Of a DNA stretch of 64,000 nt, positions 1 through 9,656 are shown piece after piece. The notes under the pieces are model-generated. The model saw only the letters and a program-made list of their open reading frames with translations, did not search any database and was not told where the DNA came from. The stretch lies in assembly GCA_017302715.1 (NCBI GenBank), contig JAFLCD010000012.1, forward strand, positions 480-64,479, read 5' to 3'. This DNA comes from Deltaproteobacteria bacterium. Lineage in GTDB: Bacteria > Bdellovibrionota > UBA2394. Numbering within the stretch: the stretch's first letter is position 1; each line of letters opens with the position of its first letter. The position numbers were made by a program, and so were the translations under genes.

Positions 1-1162
1 ATTAATTCAAACAGAAAATTTAGGAGCAAAAATCAAAGTCATCGGCGTGGGCGGCGGCGGTGGTAATGCTGTGAACACGATGATCTCGGAAGGCCTTACG
101 GGCGTTGAGTTCATCGCGGCGAATACCGATGCGCAAGCTTTAAAAAATACGCTTGCAGGTCATCGCATTCAACTCGGTGCTGCGCTTACTAAAGGACTTG
201 GCGCAGGTGCGAATCCAGCTGTGGCTCGCGAGGCTGCACTCGGAGACACCCAACAAATTTCTGAATTGCTCGATGGATGCGATATGGTTTTCGTTACATG
301 CGGACTCGGGGGAGGAACAGGTACGGGCGCAGCTCCTGTGATTGCGCAAATTGCCAAGTCGATGGGAATTTTAACTGTCGGAGTGGTGACCAAACCTTTT
401 ATTTTTGAAGGCAAGCGACGACGTCGACAAGCCGACGAAGGTTTGGTGCAAATGCGTGAGAACGTAGACACCTTGATCACGATTCCAAATCAAAGACTTC
501 TCACTTTGGCTTCAAATGAACTTACTCTTCTCGATGCATTCAGAAAAGTGGATCAAGTTTTACTTTCGGCCGTTAAGGGAATTAGCGATCTCATTAATAT
601 TCACGGAATGGTCAACGTCGACTTTGCTGACGTTAGAACCGTGATGAGCGAAATGGGAATGGCACTTATGGGAACAGGCGAAGCTCGCGGAGACAATCGC
701 GCTGTGATCGCTGCACAAAATGCGATTTCTTCTCCACTTCTCGAAGATGTTTCGATCGAAGGTGCTACCGGTATCCTGATCAATATCACCGGAACTTCTT
801 CGATGACTCTTTATGAAGTGAATGCGGCTGCGACTTTGGTCCAAGAAGCGGCACACGAAGACGCGAATATTATTTTCGGAAGTGTCATCGATGATACGCT
901 CGGAGATAAAATCCGAGTAACTGTGATTGCGACTGGATTTAATAAAAAAGTTGAAGCGATTACTGATCTTGAGACAGCAGCGCCTTCGGCAGTTGCGGCC
1001 AAAGTTGAAGCGCGAGCCGAAGCGACTCAACCACTCAATATTCAGATGCAGGATACTCCGGTTGCTCCAGCGCTTGGTCAATCGCGACCTCGACGAGGAA
1101 TTCCTTTGTTTGAAGAAGAGAGTTTTGACGTTCCAACATTTTTAAGAAAAGGCGTTGAATAA
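1..1162 (+). CDS. ftsZ: Cell division GTPase FtsZ, 5'-truncated by window edge (frame continues upstream of ORF start at 47)
   Basis: Translation from nt 2 gives ...IKVIGVGGGGGNAVN; tubulin/FtsZ signature GLGGGTGTGAAP; C-terminal conserved tail DVPTFLRK. Confidence 0.9.
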   Translation, partial: LIQTENLGAKIKVIGVGGGGGNAVNTMISEGLTGVEFIAANTDAQALKNTLAGHRIQLGAALTKGLGAGANPAVAREAALGDTQQISELLDGCDMVFVTCGLGGGTGTGAAPVIAQIAKSMGILTVGVVTKPFIFEGKRRRRQADEGLVQMRENVDTLITIPNQRLLTLASNELTLLDAFRKVDQVLLSAVKGISDLINIHGMVNVDFADVRTVMSEMGMALMGTGEARGDNRAVIAAQNAISSPLLEDVSIEGATGILINITGTSSMTLYEVNAAATLVQEAAHEDANIIFGSVIDDTLGDKIRVTVIATGFNKKVEAITDLETAAPSAVAAKVEARAEATQPLNIQMQDTPVAPALGQSRPRRGIPLFEEESFDVPTFLRKGVE

Positions 1163-1187
1163 TCGACGCCAGAAAAGGGTAAGAAAG

Positions 1188-1796
1188 ATGAAATTCAAAG
1201 CAATCGTTGGAGTTTTAGCTGTAAGTTTTTGCGCGAGCTGTGGGGATGAAGGCGGCGGTAGTGGAAACAACAAAGCTTTTTCGCAAGATATTCGTTTAAT
1301 TAACTACGATCTTAAGGTCGCCGACGTTAAGATTTCAAAAATCTCTTTCAAGGGTGGGCGAGAAAATTTAGTTAAAGGTATTGGCTACGCTCCTGGTGAA
1401 TCGACGGATCTGGTTCAGCGAGTGATTGAGAACGGAAGTTTTATTCTCAAGATCAATGACAAAAAAGCAGATATTACGATTTCATCCGAAGGTCGTATTG
1501 ATCGACATCGAGCAGCGGATAATGCTCCTTCGCCAAATTGTCGAGTGGTCGGTGAATCTCATATCGTCGGTGAAGCGAGTCCACTGAGTTTAAATTTTAC
1601 CTGGGCTTTTAAAGCGGAAGTCGTGGGTGGAGAAGATTGTAATTCTCAGCAAACCGGACTCACTGAATTTTTAAACGCCGAACTCAATGCACTTAATCTG
1701 CAGTCAGCTAAAGATTTGATTCAAGCAGCCGATCAAAAAGCTTCGCCTGGACGAATCTTTCAATTAACGTTGACGGTTGTAGGTGAAGGTCATTGA
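1188..1796 (+). CDS. Hypothetical lipoprotein (signal peptide MKFKAIVGVLAVSFCASCG)
   Basis: ORF 1155..1796; internal ATG at 1188 followed by lipoprotein-type signal; no recognisable family. Confidence 0.4.
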   Translation: MKFKAIVGVLAVSFCASCGDEGGGSGNNKAFSQDIRLINYDLKVADVKISKISFKGGRENLVKGIGYAPGESTDLVQRVIENGSFILKINDKKADITISSEGRIDRHRAADNAPSPNCRVVGESHIVGEASPLSLNFTWAFKAEVVGGEDCNSQQTGLTEFLNAELNALNLQSAKDLIQAADQKASPGRIFQLTLTVVGEGH

Positions 1797-2871
1797 TCAG
1801 CCACGTCCAAAAGTTAGTTTAAATCTCCTTGGCGGAGGTATCACTGGAGCTTTTTTTCATTTCGGTGTGCTTGCCGCCTTGGACGATCATCTCAGTCGAA
1901 AATCGGTCGACTACGACGTCTATGTAGGAACATCAGCGGGTAGTTTAGTCGCTACTTACTGTGCTTTGGGTGTGAAGCCTCAAGAAGTTGTTGAGGCCGT
2001 TCTTAAAGAAGACAGAAAATTTTTTCATATTAAGCGACGCGATATTTATCGATTCAGTTTGATCGATTGGGGAACTGACTTCGGCAAACTGCTTTGGACT
2101 CTTTTCTATTGGCTCTATATGAAAATCGAGCATTCCGAAGATGCTCCGAGTTTTTTTTGGGTGCTTAAAGATGCGCTTCCCGCCGGATTTTTTTCGATGC
2201 GCTATTATGAGAATTGGATTTCTAAGCAGTTCAAAAATCACCGTCTGCCCAGTTTTTTCTCCGAGCTTTCTAAAGAACTTTATATTCCTTCTTATAATTT
2301 AGATGCGTGCAGTCGCACCGTCTTTGGACGTCCGGGCTTTCAACATATTTCTTTTGGAAAAGCCATTACCGCTTCGAGTGCGATTCCTATTTTCTTTGAG
2401 CCCGTAAGTATTGAGGATCGAGATTTTGTGGACGGTGGAATTGGCGATATGGCCCATCTCGACATTTGCGCTTCGGCCAAAGCTGAATTGGTGATCGTGA
2501 TTAATCCGATGGTGCCTGTGAGAAATGATTTAGAGTCGGTCAAAATTAAAACCGTCTTCGATGAAAAAGGAAAAATTCGAGATAAAGGTTTTACGTATGT
2601 CTTCGATCAAACTCTTCGTTTAGATCTTCGTCAGCGACTTCATCAAGCGATTCACCATATGGGTTATGAATATCCAGGAGTCGATGTACTTTTGATTGAG
2701 CCCGACGATACAGATCCGACGATGTTTCTTTTTAATCCGATGGAATTTGAATCGAGAAAACAAATCGTTCAATACGCTTATGATTTAACAAAAAAGAAAT
2801 TGCGCCAACACTCCGAACTCTGGAGTCGCACTTTAGATAAACATGGAATCACTTTAGTGGGAGTTACTTAG
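1783..2871 (+). CDS. Patatin-like phospholipase
   Basis: Glycine-rich oxyanion loop LGGGITGAFFHFGVL, GxSxG serine motif GTSAGS, catalytic DGG (FVDGGIGD). Confidence 0.7.
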   Translation: MKVIDQPRPKVSLNLLGGGITGAFFHFGVLAALDDHLSRKSVDYDVYVGTSAGSLVATYCALGVKPQEVVEAVLKEDRKFFHIKRRDIYRFSLIDWGTDFGKLLWTLFYWLYMKIEHSEDAPSFFWVLKDALPAGFFSMRYYENWISKQFKNHRLPSFFSELSKELYIPSYNLDACSRTVFGRPGFQHISFGKAITASSAIPIFFEPVSIEDRDFVDGGIGDMAHLDICASAKAELVIVINPMVPVRNDLESVKIKTVFDEKGKIRDKGFTYVFDQTLRLDLRQRLHQAIHHMGYEYPGVDVLLIEPDDTDPTMFLFNPMEFESRKQIVQYAYDLTKKKLRQHSELWSRTLDKHGITLVGVT

Positions 2872-2873
2872 TA

Positions 2874-2949
2874 GGGGTCGGGTTAAAAAGGTGCCAGGTC
2901 AGCTATTCAATTTGTACGAGCTGACCTGGCACCTTTCCGACCCGACCCC
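2874..2949. repeat. GC-rich palindromic intergenic element (REP/MITE-like), copy 1: about 31-nt arms ggggtcgggttaaaaaggtgccaggtcagct / inverse, 14-nt loop
   Basis: Near-perfect inverted repeat read directly; same family at 4845 and 35571. Confidence 0.65.
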
Positions 2950-2964
2950 TTATGAAAGGAATGT

Positions 2965-3744
2965 ATGTCAGTAGATGAAACCAAAGGAATTACTTTAGAC
3001 GATCAAGATATTGAGATCGTTAATCAGTGCATTGCTCAAAATCCTACTATTTTACTTCAGTGCACAGAGATTAGAAATCGATTGGCGAGTGCCAGACTCA
3101 AAAGAATTCCAAAAGAGAGTATCAGAAAATTAGAGAGCTTTGATGCAGCAGTGATCGACAATGCCGTTGAACATAATTACGAAATGCTTTTAAAAGACGC
3201 CGCTCTCTCGCGACCTGAGCAATTAATCAGTGTCGTACGCTCAACGGATCTCGTCGTACAGAAAGGTCCTTTTCTTAAAGTTCTTTCGGTAGGCCCCCGA
3301 TCTGAAGCTGAAATTTTTTATCTGCTTTCGGTGGGCTTTCATCCTGAGAATATTCGGGGGCTCGATTTGATTTCGTATTCTCCCTTTGTCGATCTTGGAG
3401 ATATGCATTCGATGCCTTACGCCGATCATTCTTTTGACGTCATTATTTTAGGATGGGTGCTTGCTTACAGCAAAGACGATGCCAAAGTGGCTCGTGAAGT
3501 GGTACGTGTTGCAAAGCCTGGAGCGCTCATTGCGATTGGATGCGAATATAATCCACTTTCAAGTCAGGAACTTCAAGATCGCGGCGGAATTTTAAAAACA
3601 GATTATCCGCGGTTTCAATCGACCCAAGATATTTTAAAATTTTTTGATGGCCACGTAGGAGATCTCGTTTACAAACATGATATTCGCTCGGATGCTAGAA
3701 ATCAGACCGGAGCGGTGATGGCAGCTTTTTATTTAAAGAATTAA
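2965..3744 (+). CDS. Putative class I SAM-dependent methyltransferase-like protein
   Basis: Weak motif I KVLSVGPRS, post-I FDVIILGWVLAY, KPGALIAIG resembling LKPGG motif; N-terminal ~90 aa unassigned. Confidence 0.4.
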   Translation: MSVDETKGITLDDQDIEIVNQCIAQNPTILLQCTEIRNRLASARLKRIPKESIRKLESFDAAVIDNAVEHNYEMLLKDAALSRPEQLISVVRSTDLVVQKGPFLKVLSVGPRSEAEIFYLLSVGFHPENIRGLDLISYSPFVDLGDMHSMPYADHSFDVIILGWVLAYSKDDAKVAREVVRVAKPGALIAIGCEYNPLSSQELQDRGGILKTDYPRFQSTQDILKFFDGHVGDLVYKHDIRSDARNQTGAVMAAFYLKN

Positions 3745-4829
3745 TATCGGGGAACTGAGCTCTCACCAAAATCCAAAAAAAGTCTGTTGATAAAAGCATA
3801 CGGCATACTTTGAAATGTCGAAGGCATTTTTAATTTTTCAATTTCATCTTTGTTTAATCTTGGCGGCGGTACTGGAACTTGTGGAGTAATTCCATAAGTT
3901 ACTTGGCAGAGTAGTCGCGAAGTATTTTTAGGAAGCAGACCTTTGTGGACACCTCGAGTGTCGACGATGAAGTTAGTTCCCGCAGGTCCGCACAATTTTT
4001 GACCCTCTTTTCCAAAATATTCCTTAACCTCGGCATCTGATTTTCGAAGCTTCTTTAAATACCACGCCATGAATTCTTCTGTTCGATGAGAATTTTTTAA
4101 AACATAGTCTTTTACTTTTTCGCAAGTGTGAGTGCCTTCGACATAAACGTGAGGGCCAGAATCTTCGTTGACGTCGGTTAAATAAATAAAAAGCTTACAA
4201 AATTTATAATCGTCGTAATCTAGATGATAGAGCTGAGCATCTTTAGCTTCCTCTTTTTTTGCATGTGACCACCAGGCCTCGATGACTTTGATGGTAGGTG
4301 TAACGCCTAAATAATTTTCAACCACGGACAAAACTTTTGGATCATTAGCGATTTCTAAAAAGTGCGGAGCTTCGATACAGTCTTTCAAAGCGTATTCTGA
4401 AATATTTCCGTTGAGATCTTTGGTGTGGCGTTTTTCAAAATGTTCGCGCATGGCTTTAATTTTTTCAGGCGCGATTTCAAAAGCGGGGGTGTGACCTTTT
4501 TCTTCGAGCGCGTTTACTTTTGCCATTACATCTACCGGAATTTTAGAAATGACAGGCTTAAGCTGAAGTTGATTTTGATGATACTCACGTACCGCATTAA
4601 GAAAATGGTTACGAACATTGTCGTCTGCAAAACTAATATTCCAAAGATCTCTATGAAATTGACTGACGGCGGAGAGGTCACTGGGATTTTGCGAAAATTG
4701 ATTATAGATGTTTTGAAAATAAGCCCATTCGCTTGATCTCATGAGATGGTTTTGAAGTCCTAAAAACCACTGCGCCATCTGTTGTTGTGAACTCACCATC
4801 ATCCTCAGAATATCACCCCCCATTTTCAA
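3741..4829 (-). CDS. Putative phytanoyl-CoA dioxygenase (PhyH)-like 2OG-Fe(II) oxygenase
   Basis: HxD...H arrangement (YHLDYDD ... GPHVYVEGTH) typical of PhyH family; TTG/ATG start near 4829/4823. Confidence 0.4.
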   Translation of the reverse strand: MKMGGDILRMMVSSQQQMAQWFLGLQNHLMRSSEWAYFQNIYNQFSQNPSDLSAVSQFHRDLWNISFADDNVRNHFLNAVREYHQNQLQLKPVISKIPVDVMAKVNALEEKGHTPAFEIAPEKIKAMREHFEKRHTKDLNGNISEYALKDCIEAPHFLEIANDPKVLSVVENYLGVTPTIKVIEAWWSHAKKEEAKDAQLYHLDYDDYKFCKLFIYLTDVNEDSGPHVYVEGTHTCEKVKDYVLKNSHRTEEFMAWYLKKLRKSDAEVKEYFGKEGQKLCGPAGTNFIVDTRGVHKGLLPKNTSRLLCQVTYGITPQVPVPPPRLNKDEIEKLKMPSTFQSMPYAFINRLFLDFGESSVPRY

Positions 4830-4844
4830 ACGTGTAGCAGCATA

Positions 4845-4921
4845 GGGGGTCGGGTTAAAAAGGTGCCAGGTCAGCTATTCAATTCGCTTGAGCTGACCTG
4901 GCACCTTTTTAACCCGACCCC
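4845..4921. repeat. GC-rich palindromic intergenic element, copy 2 (perfect 31-nt arms)
   Basis: ggggtcgggttaaaaaggtgccaggtcagct ... agctgacctggcacctttttaacccgacccc. Confidence 0.65.
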
Positions 4922-5102
4922 ATCCTGAGGCATTCATGCCCCGGTTTTATGGATTCAAAGTCGCAAGTCTTGCGGTGGGGGCTATTTTAAGCGGTTTATA
5001 GGCCAATATGACTTGGCACAGCAATTGCATCTCTAGGCTTCAACTTCGGAACTCTGACCAAGATTCGAAGCCGTTATTTAGGACCCTGAGTGAGTTTTTT
5101 GT

Positions 5103-5432
5103 GTGAAAGGATCTATGAGGACCAACAAATTTATTACCTTCTTTAGTCTTTGCTCTCTTTATTTTTGCGCTTCTTCTTCGGAAGTTAAAGCCAACGATTG
5201 CGCTTCAACCGAAAATGAAGGCGTCTCTCTTCGCGCTGTTGCTTGCGTTGTAAGCTCTGTCAGCGAATTCGACACTGCACTTCAAATGAGAGGCGAGTCA
5301 CCAGTTGGAATGAATAAAGAATCTGATTATTTTGAACATCGAACTCGAGCTTTAGCTCCGATGGCTGATGAGAGATTTTTGGATATGGTTCAAATCAAAC
5401 AAAAACAATTATTCGTTCAGTTTAAATTCTAA
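5103..5432 (+). CDS. Small secreted hypothetical protein
   Basis: ORF with N-terminal hydrophobic signal-like segment; no family recognised. Confidence 0.3.
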   Translation: MKGSMRTNKFITFFSLCSLYFCASSSEVKANDCASTENEGVSLRAVACVVSSVSEFDTALQMRGESPVGMNKESDYFEHRTRALAPMADERFLDMVQIKQKQLFVQFKF

Positions 5433-5927
5433 TTAAAAAACAATGATCGCAGAAAGACTGGTTTCGATAGGATCTGAGTCTTTTTCAGTTCGAGAGATCA
5501 ATCTCTGACCGACATCCGCAAAAATCCCACAGCGCGCTGAAAAAAACCTTCCAAGGCCTGCGCGATAGGTAAATACGGGATTAAAGGAATTTCTTCTTCT
5601 CTCGATTCCCCCGCCGACTAAAATTCTAAAAGCATACGGATTAAAAATTTCGTAGAAAGCTACTGAGCCTCCGGCCGTCCATTTATACATCGGTGTCTTT
5701 TGTTTTCCCGTAAAAACAGTTTGCGACATCCACTCAAGCTCTCCGGTAATAAAAGCATCCCTTTGATTGGGTTGTAAAAAACTTAATCGCGCTCCGCCCA
5801 TCACTGCTGCATTATCTGACACATCCGAAAACTGATAACCAGCAACAGGCTCAAGAGAAAAGCCAGGCTTCACTTCAAAAGAAAAAGGCGCTGAAATGAG
5901 AGATAAAAAAGCTATCGAAGCAAACAT
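5433..5927 (-). CDS. Putative outer-membrane beta-barrel protein
   Basis: Signal peptide, alternating hydrophobic beta-strand pattern, C-terminal aromatic (F). Confidence 0.4.
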   Translation of the reverse strand: MFASIAFLSLISAPFSFEVKPGFSLEPVAGYQFSDVSDNAAVMGGARLSFLQPNQRDAFITGELEWMSQTVFTGKQKTPMYKWTAGGSVAFYEIFNPYAFRILVGGGIERRRNSFNPVFTYRAGLGRFFSARCGIFADVGQRLISRTEKDSDPIETSLSAIIVF

Positions 5928-5939
5928 GCCTCAGTTTAC

Positions 5940-6554
5940 TTATTTTCGAAGCTGAAGGGAATAAATCGGTACACCGGCTTGTAAAAATCTTCTTTGAAAT
6001 AAAGTTTTAGGCTCTGTTTCAAATAAATCGCCTTTTTGACTCAGTACAATAGGAAAAAATTCTCGCCTTGAGTTCTCGATTTGAAAAAATTCCCAATAAG
6101 ATCGACAATCCGAACGAAAACAAAATCGACCTCCTGGCTTTAAAATTCTATAGATCTGCTGAAAAAATTCTTTCGTCACCATTCGATGTTTTTCATGGCG
6201 ATCCTTTGGCCAAGGATCCGGAAACTGCATCCACACCTCATCCCAAAACTCAGCTGGAGAATCTTGAACGAAGGTCGGAACATCCCAAAAAATCACTCGC
6301 GATTGCAGAGATTCATTTCGCTGAAGCTTCTCGGCGGTCTTAAAAATTCGTTTGAATCGTTTGTCGACTCCCAGTCCCGCCATCTCAGGATGCAATTTTA
6401 AATATTCGCTTAAAAAATGTCCGTTGCCGCAACCCAAGTCTACAAACGAAGTTTTGCCCTCATAGATACTCCATAAGTTGGCGAGATCTTGCCCAACGAG
6501 AGCATGAGATTTAACTTTTTCAATATAATGATTACGCGCTTCGATAAAGGGCAT
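5940..6554 (-). CDS. trmB: tRNA (guanine46-N7)-methyltransferase
   Basis: SAM motif VDLGCGNGHFL and conserved FPDPWPKDRHEKHR box. Confidence 0.8.
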   Translation of the reverse strand: MPFIEARNHYIEKVKSHALVGQDLANLWSIYEGKTSFVDLGCGNGHFLSEYLKLHPEMAGLGVDKRFKRIFKTAEKLQRNESLQSRVIFWDVPTFVQDSPAEFWDEVWMQFPDPWPKDRHEKHRMVTKEFFQQIYRILKPGGRFCFRSDCRSYWEFFQIENSRREFFPIVLSQKGDLFETEPKTLFQRRFLQAGVPIYSLQLRK

Positions 6555-7323
6555 CGCCCACTCGTAGCATGGTTTTTTTGTCTACACCAGATGGAGCGCG
6601 CTCAATTAAAAGCAAAACCGAAGAACCCAGCTTAAAGGCTAAAAGTCGCTCGGCTTTTTGCACAGAATCCGAAAGTTTAGTCCAATGATCATAAGAAACT
6701 TCGCCTTTTTCGGAGTAAAGGCCTGAGACCGCCATCGCCCCTACGCAAATCATCAAAACTTGGCCGTAAGTTTCGGATTCCCATTTAAAAGTCAGCCGCT
6801 CATTTTCAGAAAATAAAAGCGGAGAAAGCCATCGACCTAAAGCGTTCACCGGCAAAAAATTTCCTCGATGCCTGCGAGCTTCAAGATTTCGTCCTTCGCA
6901 GGCGGCATGTACCCAATGATAATTTTTAGGCGCCAGATAAAAATTCCAAAACATTCCATTTTGAAAACGGCTTAAATCGAGCTCTTTAAAATTCTTCCAT
7001 TCATAATGAAGTTTTTTTACTTCTGTTCCGTCTGAGCGAAAAATCAAAGCCGGACCATCGACACATTTTCCCTCAATCGGACTGACTAAATTTTCCGAAG
7101 CTATTTGAAATCGAACCGTTCTTAAAAAAAACTCACCTAAAGTTTTAAACGAAGAAGTTTCCGGCCAATCAATTCCATACATTGATTTGAAAATCGCAAT
7201 GAATCTCTGATGAATCGTTTTTCCCCAGGGCCCATTCGCAATCAGCCAAACGGCTCGCGTGTGAAGAGGCGACCAAAGATAAACGAAAAAAAATCGGCAG
7301 GGAATTCTCAGCATAAGGTTCAA
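6532..7323 (-). CDS. psd: Phosphatidylserine decarboxylase proenzyme
   Basis: YLAPKNYHWVHAACEG (cf. LSPRDYHRVH), LFSENERL, and LGS(S/T) self-cleavage motif FKLGSSVL near C-terminus. Confidence 0.6.
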   Translation of the reverse strand: MNLMLRIPCRFFFVYLWSPLHTRAVWLIANGPWGKTIHQRFIAIFKSMYGIDWPETSSFKTLGEFFLRTVRFQIASENLVSPIEGKCVDGPALIFRSDGTEVKKLHYEWKNFKELDLSRFQNGMFWNFYLAPKNYHWVHAACEGRNLEARRHRGNFLPVNALGRWLSPLLFSENERLTFKWESETYGQVLMICVGAMAVSGLYSEKGEVSYDHWTKLSDSVQKAERLLAFKLGSSVLLLIERAPSGVDKKTMLRVGDALYRSA

Positions 7324-8828
7324 TCGTTTTTAATATGGTGAATTTTTAAAAGGTTTGTTGTCCCTGGTCTTGCGACAGGAGTTCCCGATAAAATCACAAT
7401 AAAAGAATTCGATTTCCATCTGTTGTATTTTTGTAAAACGCGTTTGCAAAGCTCAGGCATTTCGTCGGTATGCTTCATCACTTTAGTGGTGGCAGGAATT
7501 ACGCCCCATACCACCGAGAGTCTTCGACAAATATCTTCAAATGGAGTGAGCGCAAAAATCGGCAGATTCGGTCGAACGCGAGAGATGGCGCAACCCGTAG
7601 CTCCTGAATGTGTGAATGCACAAATCGCCGATACATCGAGAGACTTTGTCGCTTGTACGGCCGCCGCGGTGATGGCCGCGGTGACTTGCTCGGTGTGATC
7701 TTGCAAACGATGCTCTTGAATATCCGAAAGTTGAAAGAGATAAGATTCGGTGCGCACAATAATTCGGCTCATCGTTTTCACCGACTCGAGCGGAAAATCT
7801 CCCGAAGCTGTTTCGGCTGAGAGCATCACGGCATCCGTTCCATCAAGAACGGCGTTCGCTACATCCGAAGCTTCCGCTCGAGTAGGTCGAGGTTTATTCG
7901 TCATGCTCTCGAGCATTTGAGTCGCAGTGATGACAAATTTTCCCTGTTTATTCGCCGCGCGAATAATTTGCTTTTGAAGTCCAGGAACTTGCTCCATCGG
8001 ACATTCAACGCCAAGATCTCCGCGAGCGATCATAATTCCATCGGTTACTTTTAAAATATTTTCAACATCGTTGACGGCGAGTGCACTTTCAATTTTGGCG
8101 ATGATGAGCGGAGCTCGAGCTGATTTTCCAATTGTATCGTGGATAAGTTTTTTTGCGGCAACAATATCGGCTGCCGATTGCACAAAGCTTAAGGCCACAA
8201 AATCAACGCCGTTTTTTAAACCAAATTTCAAATCGCCTTTATCTTTAATGGTCAAACACGAAATTTTCACTCGTGTATCCGGAAGATTCATTCCTTTATT
8301 ATTTTTGAGTGGTCCACCAAAAATGACTCGCGTAAAAATATCTTGGCCTTTCACTTTCTCGACGATCAAAAAAAGTAGGCCGTCATCGAGCAAAATTCGA
8401 TGTCCCACTTTGATATCTTTGTGCAGTTGCTTGTAAGTACAGGAGACAGAATTTTCATCTCCTAAAAATTCCCGAGTTGAAATCGTAAATTTTTGGCCCT
8501 TTTTCAACATGATCTGCTGATTCTTAAATCTTCCCACTCGAATTTTAGGACCTTGAATATCTTGTAAAATGCCGAGGTACTTTCCCTCTTTTTTTGCAGA
8601 CTGCCGAAGCACGTTTAAACGTCGACTGTGATCCGCAGGATTTCCGTGCGAAAAATTCAAGCGCGCGACATCCATTCCATTTCGAATCAACGAGCGAATC
8701 ATCTCTGGGCTTTCTGAGCTCGGTCCAATGGTACAGACCACTTTTACTTTTTTCGTTTGAATTTGCTCGTAGCTAATCGGGTCAGCAGCAAGGTCGACTA
8801 AATGGAACCAATCGGATTCAGATTTCAT
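7320..8828 (-). CDS. pyk: Pyruvate kinase
   Basis: KVVCTIGPSS ... MDVARLNFSHG; full-length barrel+C-terminal domain. Confidence 0.9.
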   Translation of the reverse strand: MKSESDWFHLVDLAADPISYEQIQTKKVKVVCTIGPSSESPEMIRSLIRNGMDVARLNFSHGNPADHSRRLNVLRQSAKKEGKYLGILQDIQGPKIRVGRFKNQQIMLKKGQKFTISTREFLGDENSVSCTYKQLHKDIKVGHRILLDDGLLFLIVEKVKGQDIFTRVIFGGPLKNNKGMNLPDTRVKISCLTIKDKGDLKFGLKNGVDFVALSFVQSAADIVAAKKLIHDTIGKSARAPLIIAKIESALAVNDVENILKVTDGIMIARGDLGVECPMEQVPGLQKQIIRAANKQGKFVITATQMLESMTNKPRPTRAEASDVANAVLDGTDAVMLSAETASGDFPLESVKTMSRIIVRTESYLFQLSDIQEHRLQDHTEQVTAAITAAAVQATKSLDVSAICAFTHSGATGCAISRVRPNLPIFALTPFEDICRRLSVVWGVIPATTKVMKHTDEMPELCKRVLQKYNRWKSNSFIVILSGTPVARPGTTNLLKIHHIKND

Positions 8829-8914
8829 ATGGGAGTAAGCTACGCAAATTTTGCGTAGTTTTCAGCTAAATACCAACGAAATCGTCAATTTAACCAGGCA
8901 TCAGTCTTGCAAGA

Positions 8915-9640
8915 ATGAGTGGTATGCATGGCATTTCGTACATTTTCAGATTTTCGGCTCCTTTAAGCGCCATGCTTTTGCTTCTAAGCTGTGGAGGAGT
9001 TGAGTCCGATTCAGTCATTGAAAGATCTACAGTGAATCTTCCCTCGGGAAGAACTCTTTATCTCAAAGCCCAAGATGGAATTCCCATTGCTTTTGATCCG
9101 AGCGCAAGTGATCCCAATACTTTGGTGCAAGTGAGTCGCATCTTGGATCTCAACCAGTACAATGTTTTGATCGAACCTAATCTTACGAGTGATAAGCAAA
9201 TTGTTAACACCGTGATCACCGGCATTGGAATTTCGGCGCAAGACACCGCCGGAGCTGCCGTGAGTATTCGACTGGGAATTATCGCGCGCGAATATGATCC
9301 CTCTACGGGCGGATTCAGTCCAACGACTCGAGTCTTTTCAGCTCAAGGTGAAGACCTTTCTAACACTCAGCAATTTTTAACTTCGAATTCGGCCACTTTA
9401 CTTTCGGGTCTAGGTGTTCGTCTTCGCCGCGGCAAGGTTACCCATTTGCAAATTCAACGAAAGCCTTTCAATTCTATTGGCCAATCAGGCTCTGCGATTG
9501 GAGGCAGCAAGCAAGTTATTCTTCCCAATAACTGGGTAGCGGTTGGATTTAAAATTCGATTTGTTTCCAACACCCCTGGCGGCGAAGCTCCGTTTCTTCA
9601 AGACACTCTTCTTTACACTGGCCAACTGACATACCAATAA
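8915..9640 (+). CDS. Secreted hypothetical protein
   Basis: Signal peptide; no family recognised. Confidence 0.4.
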   Translation: MSGMHGISYIFRFSAPLSAMLLLLSCGGVESDSVIERSTVNLPSGRTLYLKAQDGIPIAFDPSASDPNTLVQVSRILDLNQYNVLIEPNLTSDKQIVNTVITGIGISAQDTAGAAVSIRLGIIAREYDPSTGGFSPTTRVFSAQGEDLSNTQQFLTSNSATLLSGLGVRLRRGKVTHLQIQRKPFNSIGQSGSAIGGSKQVILPNNWVAVGFKIRFVSNTPGGEAPFLQDTLLYTGQLTYQ

Positions 9641-9656
9641 ATCAGTCCACTAAAAA

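Noticed and set aside
140-1145. Multiple 60-170-aa ORFs antisense or out of frame within ftsZ (e.g. 560..1081 -, 169..480 -)
   Set aside because: Entirely embedded in a strongly supported ftsZ coding region; compositional artefacts of GC-rich codon third positions
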